64,000 bases of DNA from an uncultured Staphylococcaceae bacterium (GTDB lineage Bacteria > Bacillota_I > Bacilli_A > ML615J-28 > CAG-313): assembly GCA_964507405.1 (NCBI GenBank), contig CAZDPJ010000005.1, positions 2,306 through 66,305 on the forward strand, written 5' to 3'. The position numbers and the translations under genes were made by a program. Within the stretch, counting starts at the first letter, position 1; the number at the start of each line of letters is the position of its first letter. Below are positions 46,444 to 56,626 of this stretch, in pieces. Below the pieces are notes generated by a model. That model had not been told where the DNA came from. It searched no databases and saw nothing but the letters and a program-made list of their open reading frames with translations.

Positions 46444-47958
46444 ATGAAAAAAGAAAATATTATTATTGAATTAATAAATGTAAATAAAGAATTTGATGAA
46501 ACTTTAGCTGTTGAGAATTTTAATTTATATGTTAATAAAGGTGAATTTATTACATTTTTAGGCCCATCTGGTTGTGGTAAAACAACAACATTGAGAATGA
46601 TTGCTGGATTTGAAATGCCAACATCTGGTAAAATATTATTAAATGGTGAAGATATAACTAATCTTCCTCCATATAAAAGACCAGTTAATACTGTTTTTCA
46701 ACGTTATGCTTTATTTCCTCATTTAGATGTCTATGATAATGTTGCATTTGGTTTAAAAATAAAGAAAGTGCCAACAAAAGTAATAGGAAAAAATGGTAAG
46801 GAAAAAATAGTAATGAAGAAATTATCAAGAGCTGAAATTGATGAAAAAGTTCGTAAAGCTCTTAAGATAGTTGACTTAGAAGAATTTGAATGGCGTGATA
46901 TTTCCACTTTATCTGGTGGTCAACAACAACGTATTGCTATTGCTAGAGCTATTGTAAATGAACCAGAAATCTTATTATTAGATGAACCACTAGGTGCATT
47001 AGACTTAAAAATGAGAAAAGAAATGCAAATTGAATTAAAAGAAATGCATAAAAAATTAGGTATTACTTTTATTTATGTAACGCATGACCAAGAAGAAGCA
47101 TTAACAATGTCTGATACGATTGTTGTTATGAAAGATGGAATGATTCAACAAATCGGAACACCTGAAGATATTTATAACGAGCCTAAAAATGCATTTGTTG
47201 CTGACTTTATTGGTGAAAGTAATATTTATGAAGGTACTATTATTGGAAATAAGAAAGTTAGATTTTTAAATAAAGCATTTGATTGTGTTGATGAATTTCC
47301 AATAAATGAAAAAGTAGATGTTGTAATTAGACCTGAAGACTTTATCTTAGATGAAGAAGGCAAAGGTACTGTTGATGGATATTTAACCTCTAAAGTATTT
47401 AAGGGTGTTCATTATGAATATACAATGATGGTTGGTAGATATGAAGTTATTATTCAAGATACTAGAAATTTACCTATTGAATGTAAGGCAAGTATTAGAG
47501 TTGCTCCTGATAATATCCAAATTATGAATAAGGAATTTGTTAGTAATTTCTATGAAGCATATTTAGACAAGAATAATCAAGTAGTTATTGCTGGGGCTCC
47601 ATTTGAATGCAATATTTGTCAATTGTTACCTAGTTCTTCAATTGATGAAGAAGGATACTTAGTAGATAAAAATGGTGTAAAATATGATTTAACAGATGCA
47701 TCAGTTAAAGCTGAAATTGGCTTAAAAGATATTGAAATTATTGATAATGAAGAAGATGGAAATGTAGCTGGTGAAATTATTTCATTAATATATAAAGGTG
47801 ACCACTATCAAGTTATTATTAGAACCGAAGATGATGAAGACTTTGTTGTCGATACAGAATATTTATGGAATGAATTTGACCGTGTTAGTGTAAAGGTTGA
47901 TCCTAATAAGATTAAACTAACTCTTAAAGGAGAAATTAAATCATATGTTAAAGAGTAG
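46444..47958 (+). CDS. potA: spermidine/putrescine ABC transporter ATP-binding protein, extended (504 aa)
   Basis: Walker A GPSGCGKTT, LSGGQQQRIAIARA, LLLDEPLGALD. Two TOBE-like C-terminal modules and a Lys-rich insertion. Confidence 0.9.
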   Translation: MKKENIIIELINVNKEFDETLAVENFNLYVNKGEFITFLGPSGCGKTTTLRMIAGFEMPTSGKILLNGEDITNLPPYKRPVNTVFQRYALFPHLDVYDNVAFGLKIKKVPTKVIGKNGKEKIVMKKLSRAEIDEKVRKALKIVDLEEFEWRDISTLSGGQQQRIAIARAIVNEPEILLLDEPLGALDLKMRKEMQIELKEMHKKLGITFIYVTHDQEEALTMSDTIVVMKDGMIQQIGTPEDIYNEPKNAFVADFIGESNIYEGTIIGNKKVRFLNKAFDCVDEFPINEKVDVVIRPEDFILDEEGKGTVDGYLTSKVFKGVHYEYTMMVGRYEVIIQDTRNLPIECKASIRVAPDNIQIMNKEFVSNFYEAYLDKNNQVVIAGAPFECNICQLLPSSSIDEEGYLVDKNGVKYDLTDASVKAEIGLKDIEIIDNEEDGNVAGEIISLIYKGDHYQVIIRTEDDEDFVVDTEYLWNEFDRVSVKVDPNKIKLTLKGEIKSYVKE

Positions 47959-48748
47959 ATTTCATTTTTCCCGTAAGATGCTTGCAATACCTTATGGTTT
48001 ATTTTTATGCTGCTTTGTTGTAGTTCCTTTAATATTAGTTGTATATTTTGCATTTACTGATGTTGATGGACATTTTACATTTGACAATGTCATTGATTTT
48101 TTTAGTGATTCAACTAATATTAATACTTTATTAATTAGTTTATTAATAGGAGTCGGAAATACAGCTATTTGTTTAATTATTGGTTATCCAATTGCTTATA
48201 TTATTGCTAAAAAAGAGAATAAAATGAGTTTTATCTTAATTCTTTTATTTGTAATGCCGATGTGGATTAACTTCGTCCTTCGTACAGCCGCAACTCGTGA
48301 TTTACTAACATGGATTGGAATAAGTGGTGGCGAACACCCATATCTTGCGACGATGATTGGTATGGTATATAATTATTTACCTTTTGTTATTTTACCTCTT
48401 TATACTACGATGATTAAAATGGACCGTAGTCAAATTGAGGCTTCAATGGATTTAGGTGCAAATCCAGTTCAAACATTTGTTAAAACAATTATTCCAATGA
48501 CATTACCTGGTATTATTTCAGCAATATCAATGGTATTTATGCCGACAATGTCATCTTATGTTATAAGTGATGTATTAGGTGAAAGAAAAATATCATTAAT
48601 AGGAAATATTATTCAAACATATTTTGATCAAATTATGTGGAATATGGGTAGTTTAGTCGCATTAATAATGATGATTTTTATCTTTATTGGTATGTTTATT
48701 ACTAGAAATAATCAAAAAGAAGAATTATCTAGAGGAAATTTATGGTAG
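47945..48748 (+). CDS. potB: spermidine/putrescine ABC transporter permease
   Basis: 6-TM BPD-transporter fold with the EAS..DLGA loop (EASMDLGANP). Confidence 0.85.
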   Translation: MLKSRFHFSRKMLAIPYGLFLCCFVVVPLILVVYFAFTDVDGHFTFDNVIDFFSDSTNINTLLISLLIGVGNTAICLIIGYPIAYIIAKKENKMSFILILLFVMPMWINFVLRTAATRDLLTWIGISGGEHPYLATMIGMVYNYLPFVILPLYTTMIKMDRSQIEASMDLGANPVQTFVKTIIPMTLPGIISAISMVFMPTMSSYVISDVLGERKISLIGNIIQTYFDQIMWNMGSLVALIMMIFIFIGMFITRNNQKEELSRGNLW

Positions 48749-48764
48749 ACATTGGAGGTAAAAA

Positions 48765-49871
48765 ATGAAATTATTGTTATTAATTTTAATACTTAGTATT
48801 GTTTTATTTTTATCCATTGTTGTGCTTGAAATTATTTCTAAATCACGTCATAATAAAATTAAAGGAAAAACATTTAAATCATCTAATCGCATTAATTTAA
48901 AAGAATATTATAAATCTAATATTTCAAAATTAAATAATGAACCATTTGAAGAAGAAGTAATACAAGAAAAAGTTTTAGTGAAAGAAAACATTAAACCAGA
49001 GAAAAAGGTTAAAGTAAAAAAAGAAAAATCATATAATCCTAAAAAAAGTAAAAAGACTGGCACTATTTTAAAAAAGTCTTATGTTTATTTAATGCTTTTT
49101 ATAATGTATGCGCCGATCTTGCTACTTATTTTATTTAGTTTCTCTGATGCTCAATTAATTGATTTCAAATTATGGACTAAATTTACAGGTGAATTATATG
49201 AGAAACTATTTAAAAATACGGAGATAATGATTGCACTTAGAAATACGTTTATAGTCGCTATTTCCGCAGCGATTATTTCCACGATAATTGGTACTTTAGG
49301 CGGCATAGGTATTTTCTATAGTAAAAAACGTGTTAGAAAAACATATGAACTTATTGGACAAATACCAATTTTAAACCCTGAAATTGTTACGGCTTTATCT
49401 TTAAGTATTTTAGTTGTTGCTTTAGGAATTGGCTTTAATTTCTTTACTTTATTAATTGGTCACGTTGTATTAACTATTCCATTTGTAGTTTTAAGTATTA
49501 CCCCAAAATTAAAACAACTTGATTCTAATGTATATGAAGCTGCCCTTGACTTAGGTGCGAAACCTTCTGTTGCTCTTCGTAAAGTAATTATTCCTGAAAT
49601 TATGCCGGGAATCTTATCGGGGTTTATTTTATCAATTACTCTTTCTCTTGATGATTATATCATAACTGCTTTTACTAAAAATTCATCATTTACAACATTA
49701 AGTACTTACATTTATGGTTCAACATCTAAAAAAGGTAATTTACCACCTGAACTTAGAGCTCTAACTACATTATTATTTGTAGGTACTCTCCTTGTTTTAA
49801 TCTTAATTAATTTATATAATAATCGTCAATTAAAACGTAGAGGAGGATTAACAAATGAAAAGAAACACTAA
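48765..49871 (+). CDS. potC: spermidine/putrescine ABC transporter permease with ~100-aa N-terminal extension
   Basis: EAALDLGAKP loop. An extra N-terminal TM helix plus a Lys-rich linker precedes the canonical PotC core. Confidence 0.85.
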   Translation: MKLLLLILILSIVLFLSIVVLEIISKSRHNKIKGKTFKSSNRINLKEYYKSNISKLNNEPFEEEVIQEKVLVKENIKPEKKVKVKKEKSYNPKKSKKTGTILKKSYVYLMLFIMYAPILLLILFSFSDAQLIDFKLWTKFTGELYEKLFKNTEIMIALRNTFIVAISAAIISTIIGTLGGIGIFYSKKRVRKTYELIGQIPILNPEIVTALSLSILVVALGIGFNFFTLLIGHVVLTIPFVVLSITPKLKQLDSNVYEAALDLGAKPSVALRKVIIPEIMPGILSGFILSITLSLDDYIITAFTKNSSFTTLSTYIYGSTSKKGNLPPELRALTTLLFVGTLLVLILINLYNNRQLKRRGGLTNEKKH

Positions 49872-51336
49872 GTTTATTTTTGCTTTAATTCTAGTATTAA
49901 TGTGTTGTTTTACACTAACAAGCTGTAAAAAAGAAACAACATATGATAAAGATGTTTTAAGAATATATAATTGTCAAGATTATATTGATGAAGGTCTTGA
50001 TAGTGATACAGGAGAAAAAGTAGGAGATTCAGTTATGGAATCTTGGAAAAAAGATTTTGAAATGCGTCATCCGGGAAGAACAGTATCGGTTGTTTATGAT
50101 ACATTTGAAACTCCTGAATATATGCTAAATCAAATAAAAACTGGTAAAAAGTTTGACCTTATTTGTCCTTCTGACTATACAATTCAAAAAATGATTAAAG
50201 ATGATATGTTAGAAAAATTTGATGATGGTGCTTTAGAAGGTGAAAATAATTATTTAGATAATGCATCTCCATATTTAATTGATTTATTTGAAGAAAATGA
50301 CTGGACTGATTATGCCGCATGTTATATGTGGGGTACCCTTGGTATTATCTATAATCAAGATATTGTTAGGGAAGAAGATGTAAAACATTGGAATGCAATG
50401 TGGAATGAAAAATATAAAGGTATCGCAACGGCGAAAGATAGTGTTCGTGACACCTATTTTATGGGGGTTATGTATGTTCATCAAGAAGAACTTCTAAAAT
50501 ATCGTGATGAATATTTAAATGGGGAAATTACGGAAAAAGAATATAATGAGAAAATCAATGAAATCGCTAATTTAACGGATGATGATACTATTGAATCTGT
50601 TCGTATTGAATTAAGAAAACTAAAGAATAATATTTTTGGTTTAGAAGTAGATAGTGGAAAAAGTGATATTATTACTGGAAAAATAGCGATGAGTCTTGCT
50701 TGGAGTGGTGATGCCGTATACTCAATGGATCTTGCTGAAGAAAAAGGAGTAACTCTTGCCTATTCAGTTCCAGATGAAGGTAGTAATGTATGGTTTGATG
50801 GTTGGTGTATGCCAAAAGGTGCTAATAAAGAACTAGCTCAAGATTTTATTAATTTTGTTTCAAGACCTGAAATTGCAGCTCGTAATATGGATGTAACTGG
50901 ATATACAAGTGCTATTGTTGGTAATGATATATTTGATCTTGTTAATGACTGGTATTCATCTGATGAAGAAGATGGTACGCTTGTTGATTTAACATTCTTC
51001 TTTGGTGATTCAGTGTATGATGAAGTTGATGAAGAAGGAAATGTTATTGAAAGATTAACTGATGGCAAAGTTATCATTAGAACATCTGAACTTGGACGTC
51101 AATTTTCAACACAATATCCAGATCAAGATGTTCTTAATCGATGTGGTGTTATGAGAGATTTTGGAGACCAAAATAAAAAAGTATTAAGAATGTGGATGAA
51201 TTTTAAGAGCAATTCATTAGAACCTGCTGTTATTGTTCTTTTAGTAATCCTTGCTTTAATCGTAATTGTAGTGTATTCTATTTTCTTAATTAAAAAGATT
51301 AATAAAAAACGTCGTATTAAGATGTATCGTAAATAG
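49855..51336 (+). CDS. potD: spermidine/putrescine-binding lipoprotein with additional C-terminal TM anchor
   Basis: Lipobox LTSC, PotD-like core (ICPSDY, WSGDA), C-terminal helix AVIVLLVILALIVIVVYSIFLI followed by basic residues. Confidence 0.8.
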   Translation: MKRNTKFIFALILVLMCCFTLTSCKKETTYDKDVLRIYNCQDYIDEGLDSDTGEKVGDSVMESWKKDFEMRHPGRTVSVVYDTFETPEYMLNQIKTGKKFDLICPSDYTIQKMIKDDMLEKFDDGALEGENNYLDNASPYLIDLFEENDWTDYAACYMWGTLGIIYNQDIVREEDVKHWNAMWNEKYKGIATAKDSVRDTYFMGVMYVHQEELLKYRDEYLNGEITEKEYNEKINEIANLTDDDTIESVRIELRKLKNNIFGLEVDSGKSDIITGKIAMSLAWSGDAVYSMDLAEEKGVTLAYSVPDEGSNVWFDGWCMPKGANKELAQDFINFVSRPEIAARNMDVTGYTSAIVGNDIFDLVNDWYSSDEEDGTLVDLTFFFGDSVYDEVDEEGNVIERLTDGKVIIRTSELGRQFSTQYPDQDVLNRCGVMRDFGDQNKKVLRMWMNFKSNSLEPAVIVLLVILALIVIVVYSIFLIKKINKKRRIKMYRK

Positions 51337-51343
51337 AATAGAA

Positions 51344-51372
51344 GGAAGTTGGAAAACCAATTTCCTTTTTTA
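51344..51372 (+). terminator. intrinsic terminator
   Basis: 9-bp stem ggaagttgg/ccaatttcc with loop aaaa, then T6. Confidence 0.8.
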
Positions 51373-51476
51373 TTTTAGGTTTTACTATTATTTTTTACAA
51401 GTATTATAGTTCTGTTTGTTTGCTTTTTTTTAATATTTTTGTTATAATAATACAAGTATTAATCGTTTTGTTTTTC

Positions 51477-51616
51477 GTTTGGAGTGCTCTGACAATGCAT
51501 GAGAAAAACCGTAATTACTGCGTTAAAGGAATAGAGAGTGGAAAATCCAAACTAGGGTGGTACCGCGTAAAAATATAAAAGTTTTTGCGTCCCTAGAGGC
51601 TTTTTCTGTTTTTTTA
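51477..51616 (+). promoter_or_regulatory. T-box leader (tRNA-sensing riboswitch) of hisS-aspS
   Basis: Conserved T-box AACUAGGGUGGUACCGCG (core at 51555-51567). Competing terminator ctaggg..cgc..aaaaa / ttttt gcg..ccctag plus T-runs at 51601-16. Candidate promoter TTGCTT-17-TATAAT at 51420-51448. Confidence 0.8.
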
Positions 51617-51651
51617 TATATAGAATTATTTAATGAAAGGAAGTAAATAAT

Positions 51652-52908
51652 ATGCGCGTAACTAGAATGAAAGGAACTCTTGACTTTTTTGATGAAGGAG
51701 CTTTAAAATATCAATTTTTAGAAGATAAAGCAAAAATTATTTGTCAAAGATTTGGTTTTACTAATATTATAACCCCAATATTTGAAGCAACTGAATTATT
51801 TCAACGAGGTGTCGGTGAAGGTAGTGATATTGTTTCTAAAGAAATGTATACCTTTTTAGACAAAGGGGAAAGATCAATTACATTACGTCCTGAGGGTACA
51901 GCATCAGTAACAAGAGCTTATGTAGAAAATAAATTATATGCAACTCCTGGCTTAAAGAAATATTATTATTTTGGACCAATGTTTAGATATGAACGTCCTC
52001 AAGCTGGTAGATATCGTCAATTTACCCAATTTGGGATTGAAGCACTTGGTGCGGGCAGTAGTTATTTAGATGCTGAAATAATTAATCTTGCTTCTAGTTT
52101 TTTAAAAGAAATTGGTTTCGAAAATTTAAAGGTATTAATTAATAATATTGGTAGTGGTGAAAGTAGAAAACAATATGAAGAAGCACTAAAATCATATTTT
52201 GCTAATCATTTAGATGAATTATGCGATGACTGTAAAGTTCGTTTTAACAAAAATCCATTAAGAATGCTTGATTGTAAAGTTGATAAAGAAAATCCAATTA
52301 TGAAAAATGCACCTAGCATTTTAGATTATTTAACTGAAGATGATAAAGCATATTTTAATGAAGTATGTCATATTCTAGATGAGTTAAACATTAAATATGA
52401 AATTAGTGATCGTTTAGTAAGAGGACTCGACTATTACACTAATGTTGTATTTGAATTCATTTATGATGATCCTTCATCTTCAATAAATGGTATTGCGGTG
52501 CTTGCTGGCGGTAGATATAATGGTCTTGCTAAAGAACTTGATGGACCTGATACGGAAGCAATTGGGTTTGCTTGTGGTGTTGAACGTTTAATTATTGCCT
52601 TAGATGAATTAGGTAAGTTTAATAATATTAAGCCAGATGCATTATTCCAAGTAATTACTATTGGTGAAAATGCTAAAATTGAAGGTATTAAGCTAGCTAA
52701 TGAAATTAGAAAGTTAAATCATTATGTTGAAATTGATTATTTAAATCACAATTTAAAACCTCAATTTAAACTTTCTGACCGTTGTCATGCTAAATACTTA
52801 ATCATGATGGGTGAAGATGAAATTAAATCTAATAAATATCGAGTTAAAAATACACAAACACAAACTGAAGAAATTCTATCAAAAGAAGAAATATTAAAAT
52901 TAAAATAA
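51652..52908 (+). CDS. hisS: histidine--tRNA ligase
   Basis: Class II motifs: RPEGT, FRYERPQAGRYRQF, GGRYD/N-like GGRYNGL. Confidence 0.95.
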   Translation: MRVTRMKGTLDFFDEGALKYQFLEDKAKIICQRFGFTNIITPIFEATELFQRGVGEGSDIVSKEMYTFLDKGERSITLRPEGTASVTRAYVENKLYATPGLKKYYYFGPMFRYERPQAGRYRQFTQFGIEALGAGSSYLDAEIINLASSFLKEIGFENLKVLINNIGSGESRKQYEEALKSYFANHLDELCDDCKVRFNKNPLRMLDCKVDKENPIMKNAPSILDYLTEDDKAYFNEVCHILDELNIKYEISDRLVRGLDYYTNVVFEFIYDDPSSSINGIAVLAGGRYNGLAKELDGPDTEAIGFACGVERLIIALDELGKFNNIKPDALFQVITIGENAKIEGIKLANEIRKLNHYVEIDYLNHNLKPQFKLSDRCHAKYLIMMGEDEIKSNKYRVKNTQTQTEEILSKEEILKLK

Positions 52909-52920
52909 GAGGTGACTTAT

Positions 52921-54672
52921 ATGCTTAGAACAGCAAATAATAATGAATTAAGGATTCAAAATGTTGGTGAAACCCATACCCTTGTTGGATGGGTTAGTAA
53001 AAAAAGAAATTTAGGTGGTCTTGTTTTTATTGATTTAAGAGACCGTTATGGTATTACACAATTGGTTGTATATCCTGATTCTTCATTTTATGAAGAGGCA
53101 ATTTCTGTAAAAAATGAATATGTAATCAAAGCAACTGGGTTAGTTCATGAACGTGAAAGTAAGAATAGTAGTCTTGAAACTGGTGATATAGAATTAAAAG
53201 TTGCAGAATTACAAATTTTAAGTACTTCCGAACAACCACCATTTTTAATTCAAGATGATACTGATGCACTTGAAGATTTACGTATGAAATATCGATATTT
53301 GGACTTACGTAGACCTTGTATGCAAAAAAACTTTATTTTACGTCATAAAGTTACAATGGCTATTAGAAATTATTTTGATAATCTAGATTTTATTGAAATT
53401 GAAACTCCTGTATTAGGTAAATCTACTCCCGAAGGTGCACGTGACTTTTTAGTTCCATCAAGAGTACATCAAGGTTCTTTCTATGCTTTACCTCAATCTC
53501 CACAATTATATAAACAATTATTAATGGTTGCTGGATTTGAAAGATATTTCCAAATAGTTAAATGCTTTAGAGATGAAGATTTAAGGGCAGATAGACAATT
53601 AGAATTTACACAAGTTGATGTTGAAATGAGTTTTATTGACGAGGCTGATATTTATTCATTAATTGAAGGCTTAATTAAGAAAGTATGGAAAGATACAATT
53701 AATGTTGATGTAGAAACTCCTTTTATTCGCCTTCCTTATGATGTTTGTATGAATAAATACGGTAGTGATAAACCAGATACTAGATTTGAAATGTTTTTAA
53801 CTGATTTTTCTAATTGGGCAAAGAAAGTAGATTGTGGTATTTTTAAATCAAATTTTGAAAATAATGGTGTGGTTAAAGGTATAATTGTTAACGATGCTGC
53901 AACTAAATATTCACGTAAAGAAATAGACCGTTTAACAGAATTTGCTAAAAAATATCATGCTAAAGGCTTAATTTGGTTAAAATATGAAAATGGTAATTTC
54001 AGTGGTTCGATTGCTAAATTTATTAGTGAAGAAGCAGCTAAAGAATTAGTTGAAACATATAATATTAAAGAAAATGATATGATTTTACTAGTTTGTGATA
54101 AACTTGAAAACTGTAATTTTGCTTTAGGCGGTTTAAGATGTTTAGTAGCTAAGGAAATGAATATGATTGATGAATCATTATTTAATTTCTTATGGGTTGT
54201 TGATTGGCCATTATTTGAATATAGTGAAGAAGAAGGACGATATGTTGCAGCTCATCATCCATTTACTTCTCCTAAAGATGGTGATGAAGATCGAATGATT
54301 TCTAATCCGGAACTATGTAAAGCTAAAGCATATGATATTGTATTAAATGGTTATGAATTAGGTGGAGGTAGTATCCGTATTCATGATCAAGAAACTCAAA
54401 AGAAGATGTTTAAAGCAATTGGTTTAAGTGATGAAGAAGTACAACGTCAGTTCTCATACTTTGTTAATGGATTAAAATATGGTACTCCTCCTCATGGTGG
54501 TCTTGCCATTGGACTTGACCGCTTAGTTATGCTTCTTACTCATAATTCTAATTTAAGAGAAGTTATTGCTTTCCCTAAAGCTGCTAGTGCTAAATGTTTA
54601 ATGAGTGAAGCTCCTACTGTAGTTGATGACAAACAATTAAAAGAATTAGGTCTAAGTGTAAATAAAAAATAG
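52921..54672 (+). CDS. aspS: aspartate--tRNA ligase
   Basis: OB-fold N-terminus, FRDEDLRADRQLEFTQ, GGGSIRIH, GLDRLVML. The ATG at 52921 is preferred over the GTG at 52912 because of RBS aagaggtga. Confidence 0.95.
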   Translation: MLRTANNNELRIQNVGETHTLVGWVSKKRNLGGLVFIDLRDRYGITQLVVYPDSSFYEEAISVKNEYVIKATGLVHERESKNSSLETGDIELKVAELQILSTSEQPPFLIQDDTDALEDLRMKYRYLDLRRPCMQKNFILRHKVTMAIRNYFDNLDFIEIETPVLGKSTPEGARDFLVPSRVHQGSFYALPQSPQLYKQLLMVAGFERYFQIVKCFRDEDLRADRQLEFTQVDVEMSFIDEADIYSLIEGLIKKVWKDTINVDVETPFIRLPYDVCMNKYGSDKPDTRFEMFLTDFSNWAKKVDCGIFKSNFENNGVVKGIIVNDAATKYSRKEIDRLTEFAKKYHAKGLIWLKYENGNFSGSIAKFISEEAAKELVETYNIKENDMILLVCDKLENCNFALGGLRCLVAKEMNMIDESLFNFLWVVDWPLFEYSEEEGRYVAAHHPFTSPKDGDEDRMISNPELCKAKAYDIVLNGYELGGGSIRIHDQETQKKMFKAIGLSDEEVQRQFSYFVNGLKYGTPPHGGLAIGLDRLVMLLTHNSNLREVIAFPKAASAKCLMSEAPTVVDDKQLKELGLSVNKK

Positions 54673-54681
54673 GTGAATTTT

Positions 54682-55161
54682 ATGGGTAAATCTACTAATT
54701 ATATTTCATGGGATGAATATTTTATGGGGGTTGCTAAGCTCTCCGCATTAAGGAGTAAAGACCCTAATACTAAGGTAGGCGCATGTATTGTTAATACTAA
54801 AAAAAGAATAGTTGGTATTGGTTATAATGGATTACCTTATGGATGTTCTGATGACTTTTTCCCATGGGAAAGAGAAGGCGAATTTCTAGATACGAAATAT
54901 CCATATGTCGTTCATGCGGAACCAAATGCAATTTTAAATAGTACTAATAAATTAGATGATGCTACTTTATATGTTACACTTTTTCCATGTAATGAATGTG
55001 CAAAATTAATTATACAAAGTGGTATTAAAGAAATTGTTTATATTTCTGATAAGTATAATGGTAGTAATGATAATATAGCATCAAAGAAAATGTTGGATTC
55101 AGCTGGTATAAAATATCGTAAAATCAATGATTTTGAGGTAATAGTTAAAACAAATGAATAA
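54682..55161 (+). CDS. comEB: deoxycytidylate (dCMP) deaminase ComEB-type
   Basis: Zinc motifs HAEPNA and PCNECAK. The ATG at 54682 follows RBS aggtga. Confidence 0.9.
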   Translation: MGKSTNYISWDEYFMGVAKLSALRSKDPNTKVGACIVNTKKRIVGIGYNGLPYGCSDDFFPWEREGEFLDTKYPYVVHAEPNAILNSTNKLDDATLYVTLFPCNECAKLIIQSGIKEIVYISDKYNGSNDNIASKKMLDSAGIKYRKINDFEVIVKTNE

Positions 55162-56224
55162 ATTTTTAAAGAATAATAAAAAAATAATAATAATTTTTCT
55201 ATCAATTTATTTTTTAGTTATTACTTTATCGCTTATTAAGGTGAAAAAAGATGTAATAGTACCCTCTACAGTCAATACTATAGAGGATATTATTTCTATT
55301 GAAAACGAAAGTAAATTGAATGGAAGTATTAATGTTGTTTCCGTATATAGTTATGAAAATATAAGTCTTCTTTCATATTTATTTAGTCTATTAAACCCTT
55401 ATTCTGAAATATCTGATAATGTTGAATATTATAATATTAGCAGTAAAGATTCTTATAAGGGTGGAGTTATCCAAAAACAAATTAGTATTTATAATGCTAT
55501 TATTGCGGGGTATAATGAAGCCGATTATAATATTCATTATGATTTTATTGGCTATTATGTTGATAGTGCTACTATCTATTTAGATGAAGATTTATCAATA
55601 GGAGATTTAATTATTAGTATTAATGATGAAGTATTAACTAATGAAGTAACTCCTTCAATGATTATAAAAAAGACAACTGATAAAGACATTAAAATGAAAA
55701 TAATTAAAGATTATTATGGTGGAAATAAGAAAACATCAGAAATTATTGTTTCACCAGTTGAACAAGAATTAAATGGAAAAAAAGTATATTCATATGGATT
55801 TAGTGCAGAAGCATTAAATATTCCTAAAATTAATGATGAGCCTAAGTTTGAAATATTATGGGATAATGTAAATAGTATTGGTCCTAGTGGTGGATTGTTA
55901 CAATCATTTTATGTTTATGAAAAACTTACAAAAGCAAAACTTTCAAATAATTTAAAAATTGCTGGAACTGGAACTATTGATGTTAATGGAAATGTTGGAT
56001 TAATTGGTGGCATTAAACAAAAGATAATTACTGCTGAATTAAGTGGTATTGATGTCTTTTTTGTTCCGGTTACATCAAAAAATTATGAAAATGATCCAAC
56101 TGAAACTAATTATATTGATGCATTAAGTGGTTATAATGAATTAAAAAATCCACATATCAAATTAGTGCCAGTATGGAATTTATCTTGTATTATTGATTAT
56201 TTTGAATGTATGGGTGATAACTAA
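55154..56224 (+). CDS. membrane-anchored PDZ + Lon-like S16 serine protease (YlbL/SepM family)
   Basis: N-terminal TM helix, PDZ-like middle region, and Lon catalytic blocks GPSGGLLQS and GGIKQK. Confidence 0.75.
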   Translation: MNKFLKNNKKIIIIFLSIYFLVITLSLIKVKKDVIVPSTVNTIEDIISIENESKLNGSINVVSVYSYENISLLSYLFSLLNPYSEISDNVEYYNISSKDSYKGGVIQKQISIYNAIIAGYNEADYNIHYDFIGYYVDSATIYLDEDLSIGDLIISINDEVLTNEVTPSMIIKKTTDKDIKMKIIKDYYGGNKKTSEIIVSPVEQELNGKKVYSYGFSAEALNIPKINDEPKFEILWDNVNSIGPSGGLLQSFYVYEKLTKAKLSNNLKIAGTGTIDVNGNVGLIGGIKQKIITAELSGIDVFFVPVTSKNYENDPTETNYIDALSGYNELKNPHIKLVPVWNLSCIIDYFECMGDN

Positions 56225-56625
56225 TGAGTAAATATAAGGAAAATGTTGAATTAATAAAAGAACTTAATAGTGAAAAAATAGATAAGAAATGTATGAATAA
56301 AGCAACTATTTTTTCAACCATAATCTTAATTATTATCGCTAGTTTTGTTTTTATTATATTAAAAGAACTATTTAAACAATATTCATCAGTTACTTTTATG
56401 TTTAAAATATTAGTTATTATTTTTTCTATTTTAGTATTTTCGGTGTGTCCGCTATATGCAACAATAACGGTGATGATTTATAAATATTATTCTAAGAATG
56501 AATTAATCCATCAAGTTAAATGGTACTATTCTTTTATTTATGAATTAACAAGAATAGGAAATCTAGTATTTAGTATTATTGCGACAACTGTATTAACAAT
56601 ACTTTTGTTGAGATTGGCAGGTTAA
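56224..56625 (+). CDS. hypothetical membrane protein
   Basis: 133 aa with 3-4 hydrophobic helices. Translationally coupled (TAATG). Confidence 0.45.
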   Translation: MSKYKENVELIKELNSEKIDKKCMNKATIFSTIILIIIASFVFIILKELFKQYSSVTFMFKILVIIFSILVFSVCPLYATITVMIYKYYSKNELIHQVKWYYSFIYELTRIGNLVFSIIATTVLTILLLRLAG

Positions 56626-56626
56626 T

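Noticed and set aside
1370-51077. Other short track ORFs on the strand opposite (or in another frame of) well-supported genes: 1370-1609, 2275-2562, 3784-3984, 6903-7193, 11445-11681, 14033-14224, 14417-14626, 18136-18336, 19337-19540, 24886-25236, 30184-30381, 32407-32598, 44876-45088, 45368-45712, 47808-48053, 50284-50484, 50838-51077
   Set aside because: Each is nested inside a longer ORF that has recognisable family motifs or better gene-like signals. None has an RBS, a promoter or a terminator of its own. Their translations are compositionally biased shadow frames.
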